Shown: positions 20,749-29,962 of the stretch, in pieces
How positions within the stretch are numbered: the first letter of the stretch is position 1
Layout: each line of letters opens with the position of its first letter
Source of the DNA: an uncultured Nitrososphaeraceae archaeon
Lineage (GTDB): Archaea > Thermoproteota > Nitrososphaeria > Nitrososphaerales > Nitrososphaeraceae
Direction of reading: 5' to 3'
NCBI GenBank assembly: GCA_963729045.1
Contig: CAVSMN010000012.1
Span: 224,001 to 288,000, forward strand
Length of the DNA: 64,000 bases
Translations under genes and position numbers: made by a program
Notes under the pieces: model-generated
Told to the model about the DNA's origin: nothing
The model's input: only the letters and a program-made list of their open reading frames with translations
Database searches by the model: none

Positions 20749-21853
20749 CTTGCGCTACTTTTGTAGATATTATCACAGTAGTGGACGTACCTGCAGCGGC
20801 CATATTGTGAACTAGACCACTCTTACAACCTTTTTTTTGTCTTAAACCTGCTTTTCCTTGTAATTGAAGTACTATTTCGTTGGTCTGATCAATCCCAGTG
20901 GCGCCAATGGGATGACCGCATCCAAGTAACCCTCCTCTCACATTTGTATAGGGTGCGCTTTCTTGTATGAATTTTCTGCCCTGACCCTTTTTCACAAATC
21001 CAATATCTTCATAGGCCAAGAGTTCTAAAATAGTAAATGCATCATGTATCTCTACGATATCAATGTTTTTAGGTCCCAACATCGATTGTTCAAAGGCATC
21101 TCTTGCTGCTATTCTCGTTGATAATATGGAATCAAGATCATTTGAAATGGATCCAAAGCTAGCACCTTGGTTATCCTGGGATATAGCCTTGATCCAAATG
21201 GGTACTTCAGTTCTCTTTGCCATTGTTTCTGACAAAACAAGTATTGACGACGATCCCTCGCAAGGATAACAACAGTCGAACTTTTTTAATGGTTCTACTA
21301 TCATTTTTGAATTTATTATTGATGAATAAGTAAAGTGTTTGTCATAGAAAAACGCATTTACGTTCTTGTTAGCACTGGCATGATTTTTCAAAGAAATAAT
21401 TGCTAAATCTTCTTCAGTGGTTCCGTACTTTCGAAAATGATTTTGGGCATATAGTGAAGCCCAGTGAATTGGCATATCGTATTGTCCCCTTGAGCTATCC
21501 CAAGTTAGTTTGTTACCTTGACTGTCCTGCTTTTCTGCTCCTGTTACTAATACTGCTTTGCATAGTCCCGATTTTATCAACGAGTAGGCAAGCATAATAC
21601 CACTGGTACCTGAATTACATAAATTTTCGACCTTGGTAGAAAATTTTGGTTTGATTCCTATCATTTCTGATATTATATTGCCTAAGTATGATTCGTTAGA
21701 GCTACTTGATACAATTAGACCATCTATTTCAGCCTTTTGAATTTTCGTTTTCCCAAGTAATTCTATTATGGATTTACTAGCTAATTCAGCTAGTGTAAAG
21801 TCCGAGGGCTTGGTAAATTTTTGAGTATTTGAAGAATCAATTGCTATTTCCAT
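20699..21853 (-). CDS. Thiolase family protein (archaeal SCP-x-like); true stop probably TAG at 20755
   Basis: ENLCNSG (catalytic Cys), EIHDAF, GHPIGATG, HNMAA. Confidence 0.9.
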   Translation of the reverse strand: MEIAIDSSNTQKFTKPSDFTLAELASKSIIELLGKTKIQKAEIDGLIVSSSSNESYLGNIISEMIGIKPKFSTKVENLCNSGTSGIMLAYSLIKSGLCKAVLVTGAEKQDSQGNKLTWDSSRGQYDMPIHWASLYAQNHFRKYGTTEEDLAIISLKNHASANKNVNAFFYDKHFTYSSIINSKMIVEPLKKFDCCYPCEGSSSILVLSETMAKRTEVPIWIKAISQDNQGASFGSISNDLDSILSTRIAARDAFEQSMLGPKNIDIVEIHDAFTILELLAYEDIGFVKKGQGRKFIQESAPYTNVRGGLLGCGHPIGATGIDQTNEIVLQLQGKAGLRQKKGCKSGLVHNMAAAGTSTTVIISTKVAQDEAIRYSLLKALIKAP

Positions 21854-22827
21854 AACTCAGTAAAATCCTTGTAGTTAAGATTGCCGTTATTATCTTTTAC
21901 AGGATTCATTTGTAAGATTGGTAAATCGATACCGATTTTTTTCCAGCGTTTGATTTGACTATTGCAATCATTTATAGAACCTGTAATGACAAAATCATTA
22001 AGCATCTCATCTGTAATGTTCCTCATTGACTCTGTTAGACCATATTTGTTGTAATCATTATAAATCCTTTCAACTATTGACTTGTATTTTGTTTTAACCA
22101 ATGATTCATAGTAGATTCTGCCCACTGATATATAGAAGGCCAAAGTTCTAGCAGCTCTGAGAGATGCCAGACTAGGATCTTTATTACTAACGGAGGTTAT
22201 AATTACAAACGCCTTCATAAATTCTTGATTTTGATCTTTAAATTTGATGTTATCAATCGCCATTTTTAATTCATCTTTTGGTTTTAGGTAAAGGATGATT
22301 CCATCTGCATACTTTGTAGCTATGTTAATCATTCCTGGATTTACAGCAGCAACATAAATAGGAATATCATCCCTAGAGTGTTCAAGCAACTTAAAATTCT
22401 TTATGTTTACAGTCTGTCCATGATAGGTAACATATTTCGATTTTAACAACAGTTTTATCGATTGAACATATTCTTTCATTCTGATTAATGGTTTTTCAAA
22501 TTTGATCCCATGAAGGTTCTCTACTAATACAGAGGTGCTGGTACCAAGGCCCAATATGACTCGTCTATTCGAGAGAGTATCCAGCGTTATTCCGCCCATC
22601 CCAATAGTCGCTGGGGATCTAGAATAGATGTTTACAATGGATGTCCCTATTTTCACTCTGTTTGTAACCTGGGATATGGCCCCAAGAGTTGAGAAGACTT
22701 CCTTCCCCCAAGACTCTGGAGCCCAGATGGAATGAATGTTTTCATTTTTGTCAACGATTGAAGCAAATTCGAGGATTTCTTTTAACTCTAATAATGATCC
22801 AATACTATATCCTATTTTTTCCTTCAT
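21844..22827 (-). CDS. LLM-class flavin/F420-dependent oxidoreductase
   Basis: WAPESWG, IGTSIVNIYSRSP, LGLGTS, IPIYVAA, ADGII. Confidence 0.88.
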   Translation of the reverse strand: MKEKIGYSIGSLLELKEILEFASIVDKNENIHSIWAPESWGKEVFSTLGAISQVTNRVKIGTSIVNIYSRSPATIGMGGITLDTLSNRRVILGLGTSTSVLVENLHGIKFEKPLIRMKEYVQSIKLLLKSKYVTYHGQTVNIKNFKLLEHSRDDIPIYVAAVNPGMINIATKYADGIILYLKPKDELKMAIDNIKFKDQNQEFMKAFVIITSVSNKDPSLASLRAARTLAFYISVGRIYYESLVKTKYKSIVERIYNDYNKYGLTESMRNITDEMLNDFVITGSINDCNSQIKRWKKIGIDLPILQMNPVKDNNGNLNYKDFTELWK

Positions 22828-22829
22828 AT

Positions 22830-23519
22830 TTATTTTGAATTTATCCTTGATAGTTCTTTGGATGATTCTTCGATGTCCTTGTGGGAATCAATCGATTTCC
22901 AAAATGATTTTTCAAATTTCTTTGCTTTTAATTTTTGTTCGTTTGCCATGGCAGGCAGTGCTGTTGTTTCAATGTTTCCTTTATCGGGTAAGAAGTCAAA
23001 AATTTCTTGATTAAAAAAATAGATACCTGCGTTGATCCATTTATCGATTATATCCGGTTTTTCCTTAAATCCAGTCACAAATTGCTGGTCATTAAAATCT
23101 ACAATCCCATAGGGGCTTTTTAGCGGAACAACTGCAATAGAGTTATAATCGTTCTTATGAGATAAGGTGTTAAAATCTATATTAGTTAATATGTCGCCAT
23201 TAATCATAAAGAAGCCATTTTTTTCATCCTTTAGGAGAGATTGAGTGTTTTTCAGTGCGCCACCGGTCCCTAATGGTTCTTCTTCTACCATATAAGCAAC
23301 TTTAACCTTAAATTTGTTTCCACTTGCAACATGATTTATGATTTGTTCTTTCAAATAGCCAACGCAAATGATAATTTCTGTTATATTATTCTTAGATAAT
23401 AGCTTTATTTGCCATTCTATAATGGGCTTCCCTAGAATTTCTATCATCGGTTTGGGGCGGTTATCTGTGATTGGTTTAAGCCTCTTTCCAAATCCTCCCG
23501 CTAATATTACTCCTTTCAA
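22830..23519 (-). CDS. Sugar-phosphate nucleotidyltransferase
   Basis: ILAGGFGKRLKPIT..PKPM, EPLGTGGA, NGDI, INAGIY. Confidence 0.92.
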   Translation of the reverse strand: MKGVILAGGFGKRLKPITDNRPKPMIEILGKPIIEWQIKLLSKNNITEIIICVGYLKEQIINHVASGNKFKVKVAYMVEEEPLGTGGALKNTQSLLKDEKNGFFMINGDILTNIDFNTLSHKNDYNSIAVVPLKSPYGIVDFNDQQFVTGFKEKPDIIDKWINAGIYFFNQEIFDFLPDKGNIETTALPAMANEQKLKAKKFEKSFWKSIDSHKDIEESSKELSRINSK

Positions 23520-23625
23520 AACAAACTAACTGATTTGATTTAAAATATATTTTTTCCTATTTACGACTCGAAAAAGGTTACCTATAATAGGAATTTATAT
23601 CTTATTCGTTCATTTATACAATATT

Positions 23626-23751
23626 TTATTACTATGATAATAGTGTTATTACTATGATAATAGTGTTATTACTATGATAATAGTGTTATTACTATGATAA
23701 TAGTGTTATTACTATGATAATAGTGTTATTACTATGATAATAGTGTTATTA
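23626..23751. repeat. Perfect tandem array, 20-bp unit TTATTACTATGATAATAGTG x6.3
   Basis: Six identical copies at 23626-23745 plus a partial TTATTA; no spacers. Confidence 0.98.
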
Positions 23752-23803
23752 ACAAAAAGAGAATATTTCATAATTCGAATTATGAAATAACATTGAAAAA
23801 AAT

Positions 23804-24985
23804 TTAATCTCTAATTAATTTGGCAATATGATTTAAAAGTTCACAGATTTGTTCTTGGGTATGATTAGTATTTAGTGATATTCTCAATCGTGCTTCATTT
23901 CTCTTTACAGTAGGATATCGGATTGCTTGTACAAAGAAATTCTGTCTTAATAGTTTTTTCGAGACCTCCAAAGCTTTTTTTTCAGACCCAATTAAAAGTG
24001 GAATTATGGGACTTTTTTCGACTTTTCGAATGATAATTTTTTGCTCATTTGCTATTTTGTAGAAATAATCAATATTTCTGTACAACTTTGGCTGGAGATC
24101 CCCTCTCTTTGCTAATTGTATTGACATTATAGCTATTTCGGCCAAGTAATCCGGAAGTGCAGAGGTAAAGATAAATGATCTGGATTTATTAATTAAATAT
24201 TCTCTTACTAACTTCGAACAGCTAACATAGCCTCCGAAACAACCAAGTCCTTTGCTCAGACTACTAACATGGATATCTACCGACTTGTTAACCCCAAAAT
24301 AGCTTGGGGTTCCGCTATAATCCGTTAACTTGTTATTACCTATAATAAAATCTCCATGTGAGTCGTCCACTATTAGTAAACAATTATTTTTATTTGAAAT
24401 GCGCACAATTTCAGCTAAGTCGGCCATATCACCATTCATGCTAAAAATTCCTTCAGTTATTATTATTTTTCGTTTGTTACCATGTTTTTTTATATTCTTT
24501 TCTAATTCAATCATATTATTATGAGGAAATGGATAAATTTTGCTTGGGGACATCTTGCATCCATCTATTATGCTTGCATGATTCAATTCATCACTAAAAA
24601 TAATGGTCTCTCTATCAGAAATACATCCTAGAACCCCTAAATTTGCCATGAATCCTGTTGGAAAGAGCAACGATGAGGTAGTTTTCCTATGCTTTGAGAG
24701 ATCTTTCTCCAGTTTTTCTAAACTTTCTGTATTTCCACTAATTAATCTCGAACTACATTGTGAAATTCTTGAAGTATGCAGGTTCTTTAACTTTCTTATT
24801 AAAAATGTGTTCCTAGATAAACCCAAATAGTCATTAGATGAAAAATTAATTACGGTAGATGCATTTGTTCCTTTTCCTGACTCTGAGATTTCTTCAATAG
24901 TTCGGAGCTCTCTGTATAGATCCTCCTTACGTAATTCTCGTAACTTCTCTTGAAAATAATGTGAATTACTTTTGCCTGAGTCCAA
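23804..24985 (-). CDS. bioF: 8-amino-7-oxononanoate synthase
   Basis: NFSSNDYLGL, TGFMAN, DELNHASIIDG, VDDSHG, SLSKGLG, AIRYPTV; adjacent to bioB. Confidence 0.93.
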   Translation of the reverse strand: MDSGKSNSHYFQEKLRELRKEDLYRELRTIEEISESGKGTNASTVINFSSNDYLGLSRNTFLIRKLKNLHTSRISQCSSRLISGNTESLEKLEKDLSKHRKTTSSLLFPTGFMANLGVLGCISDRETIIFSDELNHASIIDGCKMSPSKIYPFPHNNMIELEKNIKKHGNKRKIIITEGIFSMNGDMADLAEIVRISNKNNCLLIVDDSHGDFIIGNNKLTDYSGTPSYFGVNKSVDIHVSSLSKGLGCFGGYVSCSKLVREYLINKSRSFIFTSALPDYLAEIAIMSIQLAKRGDLQPKLYRNIDYFYKIANEQKIIIRKVEKSPIIPLLIGSEKKALEVSKKLLRQNFFVQAIRYPTVKRNEARLRISLNTNHTQEQICELLNHIAKLIRD

Positions 24986-25946
24986 TCTCTTTTAGCATTC
25001 TAATATCCTCAAGAGGTTTATTTCCTTTTGTAGTTAAGTATCCTCCACTAATAATTCCATTAGCGCCTGCTTTTAGGACTTTTTTATCATTCTTTTTAAG
25101 ATGAACTTCTCTCCCCCCTGCAATTTTTAGGATTGCTCTAGGCATTAGAAAGCGATAAGTTGCAATTGTCCTAATTATTTCCTCTTCAGAAAGTGAATAT
25201 TTGTTAAAGAGTGGAGTGCCCTCTCTACCAATTAACATGTTTATAGGTACTTCGTCAGGATTCAAAGATTGTAAAGAAATACCCAATTCTATCCTTTGTT
25301 CAATGGTTTCTCCCATGCCGATGATTCCACCACTACACAACTCCAATCCAACTTCTTTGACAATTTTAGCAGTGTTGATTCTATCTTCGTAAGTATGGGT
25401 AGTACAAATCTTATCAAACATGCTCTTGGACGTTTCTAAATTATGATTGTATCTTTTAACTCCTAACTTCTTTAATATTTCAGCTCTTTTTCTAGTCATA
25501 AAACCTAAAGATGTATTAACATCTATGTCGAGCCTTTCCTTTAGCAACTTTATAGTATTGCATATTTGGATAAAATCCTGTTCTGGGGGAGCCCTATAAG
25601 CACAAACTATACAAAAACTATTCGCCCCATTATCCTTTGCTGCCTCTGCCTGTGCCAAAATCAACTCTGGGGCTAATAGTGGATATTTTTCAATTTTGGT
25701 GGTATTAAACGTTGATTGTGAACAAAAAGAACAATCTTCTGGACATCTACCAGATTTTGCATTAACTAAGGTTTCGACATCAACTTTGTCACCCCCGAAT
25801 TTCAACGTAATTTGATTTGCACAATCAGCGAGGAAATCAAGATCAGCAGAATTAATTAATTCCATTGCTTCCTGAAAATTAATTTCTTTATCTGAGAAAA
25901 CGTCAATCATTTTTTGGTAGATGAAGTCCCTAGTCAAATTACTCAT
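24966..25946 (-). CDS. bioB: Biotin synthase
   Basis: NAKSGRCPEDCSFCSQS radical-SAM motif, YNHNLET, CSGGIIGMGET, AGGRE. Confidence 0.97.
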   Translation of the reverse strand: MSNLTRDFIYQKMIDVFSDKEINFQEAMELINSADLDFLADCANQITLKFGGDKVDVETLVNAKSGRCPEDCSFCSQSTFNTTKIEKYPLLAPELILAQAEAAKDNGANSFCIVCAYRAPPEQDFIQICNTIKLLKERLDIDVNTSLGFMTRKRAEILKKLGVKRYNHNLETSKSMFDKICTTHTYEDRINTAKIVKEVGLELCSGGIIGMGETIEQRIELGISLQSLNPDEVPINMLIGREGTPLFNKYSLSEEEIIRTIATYRFLMPRAILKIAGGREVHLKKNDKKVLKAGANGIISGGYLTTKGNKPLEDIRMLKEIGLRQK

Positions 25947-26020
25947 TTGATAATTCTATTTCTATAAAGACTTACTTATATTAGTATTTAAGTTTACCCT
26001 AAATGACTAGTCAAAAGCGG

Positions 26021-26104
26021 AATTCGTCTGAACTGTAATAATATTAATTCGTCTAAAAAAGGACCGATTTTCATACCGTCTTAGAAATAGACCGTTTTTT
26101 TTAC
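26021..26104. promoter_or_regulatory. Putative res/recombinase-binding site (three CGTCT-led subsites)
   Basis: CGTCT at 26025, 26050, 26077; AATTCGTCT duplicated; CGTCTAAAAAAGGACCGATTTTCATAC resembles CGTCTTAGAAATAGACCGTTTTTTTTAC; ~90 bp upstream of a resolvase gene. Confidence 0.55.
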
Positions 26105-26196
26105 TCCAGATTTTTGAATTCTGGTTCAATTTTTTTTTATATCTGCTCGTATTAATTTGACTACCTTTATTTTACTCTCAAATTTGAAAAGTCGTT

Positions 26197-26796
26197 ATGA
26201 AATATGCGTTTGCTTACTTGAGAGTGAGTACGGAAGAACAAACAGTCTTAAATCAAAAGTTGGCAATGCAAGGGTGGGCTCAGTCACATGATTTTCAGAT
26301 CTTGGATTATTTCGAAGACTCTTCAATTAGCGGAAAAACAGCGGCAATTGGCCGAAAGGGATTCCAAGAACTCTTAAAAATAGTAGCAATAGAATCTGTC
26401 GATGCAGTTTTGGTGTATGAACTTTCGAGGGTGGGTCGCACTTTTTGGGATACCCTTGAAGCTATTAAAGCTATCGAACAGTATTCACCATTAATTTCCT
26501 GCTCTCCACGGGAAATTTTTCTTCAAACAACTGAACCAAGCATCAGAAAGCTTATGCTTGGCATACTGACATGGGTCGCAGAACGAGAAAGAGAGTTGTT
26601 AGTTCAAAGAACCAAAGACGGCATTATTAGAGCTAAATCCGTGGGAAAACAAATAGGAAGACCTAGAAAAGTACTGAACACTGCTGACTTAATTAGTCAC
26701 CTTTCTCAAAATAAATCTAAATTAAGGATTGCGAAGGAATTAGGAATTTCAAAAGCAACCTTGTACAAAAATCTAAGAAATCTTGCTCCTAGCTAA
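26197..26796 (+). CDS. Small serine recombinase (resolvase/invertase) with C-terminal HTH
   Basis: AYLRVSTEEQ (catalytic Ser11), ELSRVGR, ERELLVQRTKDG..GRP, IAKELGISKATLYK. Confidence 0.95.
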   Translation: MKYAFAYLRVSTEEQTVLNQKLAMQGWAQSHDFQILDYFEDSSISGKTAAIGRKGFQELLKIVAIESVDAVLVYELSRVGRTFWDTLEAIKAIEQYSPLISCSPREIFLQTTEPSIRKLMLGILTWVAERERELLVQRTKDGIIRAKSVGKQIGRPRKVLNTADLISHLSQNKSKLRIAKELGISKATLYKNLRNLAPS

Positions 26797-28120
26797 CAAT
26801 TCTTTTATTAATATCTAAAACAATCTCCAATTGGGTGTCCATTATCTTATTTAGAGAATGTGAGTCTATGGCTAAAGGAGGAATTACAATAATGGTATTT
26901 CCAAGAGACCTGAGTAGGACACCTCTTTTGAGTGATTCTCTTATAACAAAATAGTTAATGGGTATGTTATCCACCATGGTAATGGGTTTACCATTGAATG
27001 CAAGATCAAATCCTGCCAGCAATCCTTTCGCTCTAACATTTTTTACAATTGGAATAAATTGAAATTCTTGTAACCTCTTCTTAAGTTGCTTGCTATTTGA
27101 TCTAATCTTATCAAGCAGATGATTCTCTTTGTACATTTTTAGATTTTCAAGAACAGCTGTGCAGCCAATTGGGTGTCCAGCATAAGTGTGACCGTGAAAT
27201 AAGTGTTTTCGATCTCCTAAATCCCCAGAAAATTCTTGGAATATTTTTTTGGATGTTAATGTAAGGGCTAATGGAAAATAACCCCCTGTGATTGCTTTGC
27301 CAAAACATGCAATGTCCGGAACGCTTCTTTGGGGTATGTATTCGATCATATTTCCGAGTCGTCCAAACCCGGTCGCGATTTCGTCTAAAATCAATAAAAT
27401 GTTATGTTTTTTGCACATTTCATTAATTTTCTTTTGATAACCCGTTGGATAAATATTAACCCCTCCAGCCAATTGGGCACCACTTTCCATTATTAGTGCT
27501 GCAGTTTTATCCGCATTTTTCTCAATTATCTTTTCTGTTCTTTCTAGCAAAAGATTTAAATTTTCTAAATTAACTATCCCATCTAGGGTTACCTTTTTAG
27601 GACTCGGGATTACATGACATTTAAATAACAACCTTTTGTAACTCTTAAAGTATTTGTCAACATAACCTACTGACATCGCACCAATAGTATCGCCGTGGTA
27701 ACCATCAGCTATTGACAAAAATGAGGTTTTCTTCAAATTACCTTGATTATTCCAGTATTGTATAGCAATCTTTAGTGCGGCTTCTATAGCCGAGGAACCG
27801 TTATCCGTGAAAAATACTTTGTTCAGGCCTCTAGCTAGTTTTAAGAATTCATTTGATAGCTCAATTGATTTATCATTTCCTATTCCAAAAATAGTTGAGT
27901 GAGGTATCTGTTTAATCTGATTGATCATTGCTTTTGTAATTCGATTACTGCTAAATCCCCAAACATTGCACCACATATTAGATATTCCATCTAGATATCT
28001 GTTACCTTCGCTATCACAAAAATAAAAACCACTTCCAGATCTAATAATTCTCCTATTTAGATATTTGGTATAATCATGCATTTGTGTATAAGGATACCAA
28101 ATGTTGTCACTTTTTGACAA
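26789..28120 (-). CDS. bioA: Adenosylmethionine-8-amino-7-oxononanoate aminotransferase
   Basis: IWYPYTQM, DGISNMWCN, GYHGDTIGAMSV, DEIATGFGR, GKAITGG, FHGHTY. Confidence 0.95.
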   Translation of the reverse strand: MSKSDNIWYPYTQMHDYTKYLNRRIIRSGSGFYFCDSEGNRYLDGISNMWCNVWGFSSNRITKAMINQIKQIPHSTIFGIGNDKSIELSNEFLKLARGLNKVFFTDNGSSAIEAALKIAIQYWNNQGNLKKTSFLSIADGYHGDTIGAMSVGYVDKYFKSYKRLLFKCHVIPSPKKVTLDGIVNLENLNLLLERTEKIIEKNADKTAALIMESGAQLAGGVNIYPTGYQKKINEMCKKHNILLILDEIATGFGRLGNMIEYIPQRSVPDIACFGKAITGGYFPLALTLTSKKIFQEFSGDLGDRKHLFHGHTYAGHPIGCTAVLENLKMYKENHLLDKIRSNSKQLKKRLQEFQFIPIVKNVRAKGLLAGFDLAFNGKPITMVDNIPINYFVIRESLKRGVLLRSLGNTIIVIPPLAIDSHSLNKIMDTQLEIVLDINKRIVS

Positions 28121-28216
28121 ATATAGTTTACCTATTCTTGAGTTGATTAATAAATTCCTTATCCTTATATTCTTGAAATATATATTGAAAGCCTATTAAT
28201 GTAAACTGCTAACCTA

Positions 28217-28780
28217 ATGGAGTTAAAGGAGTTATTATACTTAAAGATCGATCAACTTGGAATAGATTTTATTAAAACGAAAATTAAAGAAAACATTCTA
28301 AATTCAGATTACATAATCAAACAATTACTTAAAGAATGTATTAGTTCAAGAGGTGTTCAAAATTTATCTCATTCTGACTACATCTGCTTGGCTGAAGGTT
28401 TGATGCATTATTTACTTGCAATCACTATAACGCCATCACAGAGGAAAATTAGTATCAATCATACTGAAGTAAGCATTCTTGTTCCGGGTGCTAGAGATTT
28501 AAAAAATGGTGGTGAAAAAGTGATAATTATTCAATTTTTAAAAGGGGATGAGGTTGAATATGAGCAGACCATTAGTGAGTTGTTGAAAATGCAGCCAACT
28601 CGCGATAATATTTGGTTAGTCTCATACTGTCCTATAGTAACTAGATTTCCACTTAAGAATTTTGTAATCGATGGCGAGTCAATTGGAAACAAGGAGCTTG
28701 TGCAGCCCTTTTCAAAATTGATGATTGAAATAAATAACTTTCTCGATCGGATTAATTACACCGGTTTTCGAATTCTCTGA
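28217..28780 (+). CDS. Hypothetical protein
   Basis: 187-aa ORF; no recognised motif. Confidence 0.65.
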   Translation: MELKELLYLKIDQLGIDFIKTKIKENILNSDYIIKQLLKECISSRGVQNLSHSDYICLAEGLMHYLLAITITPSQRKISINHTEVSILVPGARDLKNGGEKVIIIQFLKGDEVEYEQTISELLKMQPTRDNIWLVSYCPIVTRFPLKNFVIDGESIGNKELVQPFSKLMIEINNFLDRINYTGFRIL

Positions 28781-28782
28781 GT

Positions 28783-29166
28783 ATGATTTCATGTTTCATA
28801 ATTCGAGTTTTGAAATATAATGTTGGTAGAAAATTTATGAAGAAATACAAGATTGAATTTTACGCATTAAGATCTGAATACAATGAAATAAGAAGTTATT
28901 TTGAACAAATACCTCTTGATATTATAATATCTGGACTTCGATTTTCAAATAATAGATACAGAGCAAAAGTGGGAGGTTACTTAAATCCAGGACGCAAGAG
29001 CCTAGTCAAAAAGGAGACGGCACTATTGACAAAAAAACAAGCCCGAGTTAGACTAAAAAACTGGAAGATCATGATAAAAAAATATCGGGAAAGAGGTTAT
29101 AGCTATCCCACCATTTACCGGATAAAAATGAGGTTAAACGCTATTATCAATGATATAGATCCCTAA
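28783..29166 (+). CDS. Basic hypothetical protein (start may be ATG 28837)
   Basis: 127-aa Lys/Arg-rich ORF. Confidence 0.6.
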   Translation: MISCFIIRVLKYNVGRKFMKKYKIEFYALRSEYNEIRSYFEQIPLDIIISGLRFSNNRYRAKVGGYLNPGRKSLVKKETALLTKKQARVRLKNWKIMIKKYRERGYSYPTIYRIKMRLNAIINDIDP

Positions 29167-29188
29167 AATAGTAATAGTTGATTATTTG

Positions 29189-29851
29189 TCAATATAGAGA
29201 GTTACTCTCTGAGATTTTAGAATCTAATCCTGTATTTGGTAAATCAGGGAATTTATCCTTCATGTTTTGCTCGACGATGGCACTTGCCTCTTCAATTATT
29301 TTCAAAGCGTCTTCGCTTACAGCACTAGTGTTCCCATTAATATCAGAAGTTGTTGGTATTTGTCCAGAATCATTCATTATACCATTTAATATGTCGGTGA
29401 TCTTTCCAAATGACTGTCCAGCTTCTGGTATCATTGAATTTAATCCTCCTTGAATATTCTTTATTACTGACATAGCAGGGCTCAAAGTAACAACGACATC
29501 ACCTAGCTCGGTAATAGTATTCAATCTGAGTTGAATTTGTTCCAACGCCAATTTTGCTGATGTAATCATCTTATTCATTTTCCTGATTTGTGATAATTCG
29601 TTAGATAGGATTTTAGCATATTGACTATCATGATTCTGCATTGCACTAATAATTCTCTTAAATATGATTTGATCCTTCTCGTCCATCTTTGCTGACATAC
29701 TTTCCAATTTTGCAATCTGAGAGTGTAGCCTCTTTTGTGCCTCTTCTATTCTAGGCTTTAATGGCGAGGGGGGTTTTATGTTCTCTAATAGTTTCATACC
29801 TACATTACTTATCTCATTTTGTGGTTTGATCCATTTGTTGCTGAAAGACAT
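29189..29851 (-). CDS. CdvB/Snf7 (ESCRT-III) family protein
   Basis: Coiled-coil with ELSQIRKM..KLALEQIQLRLNTITELGD, IPEA, EDALKIIEEA. Confidence 0.9.
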   Translation of the reverse strand: MSFSNKWIKPQNEISNVGMKLLENIKPPSPLKPRIEEAQKRLHSQIAKLESMSAKMDEKDQIIFKRIISAMQNHDSQYAKILSNELSQIRKMNKMITSAKLALEQIQLRLNTITELGDVVVTLSPAMSVIKNIQGGLNSMIPEAGQSFGKITDILNGIMNDSGQIPTTSDINGNTSAVSEDALKIIEEASAIVEQNMKDKFPDLPNTGLDSKISESNSLY

Positions 29852-29962
29852 TTACTTTTATACCCTCTCCCAATGTAAAATTTTGTATATAAAGGTGTAT
29901 TTTTCTCCATTCATGTAACCGAAGTGACAATATTCAGTGGTTACATTTCATAAGGCTAAAAT

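Noticed and set aside
23626..23751. CRISPR array
   Set aside because: Units are contiguous with no unique spacers, and no cas genes are in the window
26197..26796. IS607-family transposase or complete transposon
   Set aside because: The HTH is C-terminal rather than N-terminal; no tnpB or tnpA, terminal inverted repeats or target duplication seen
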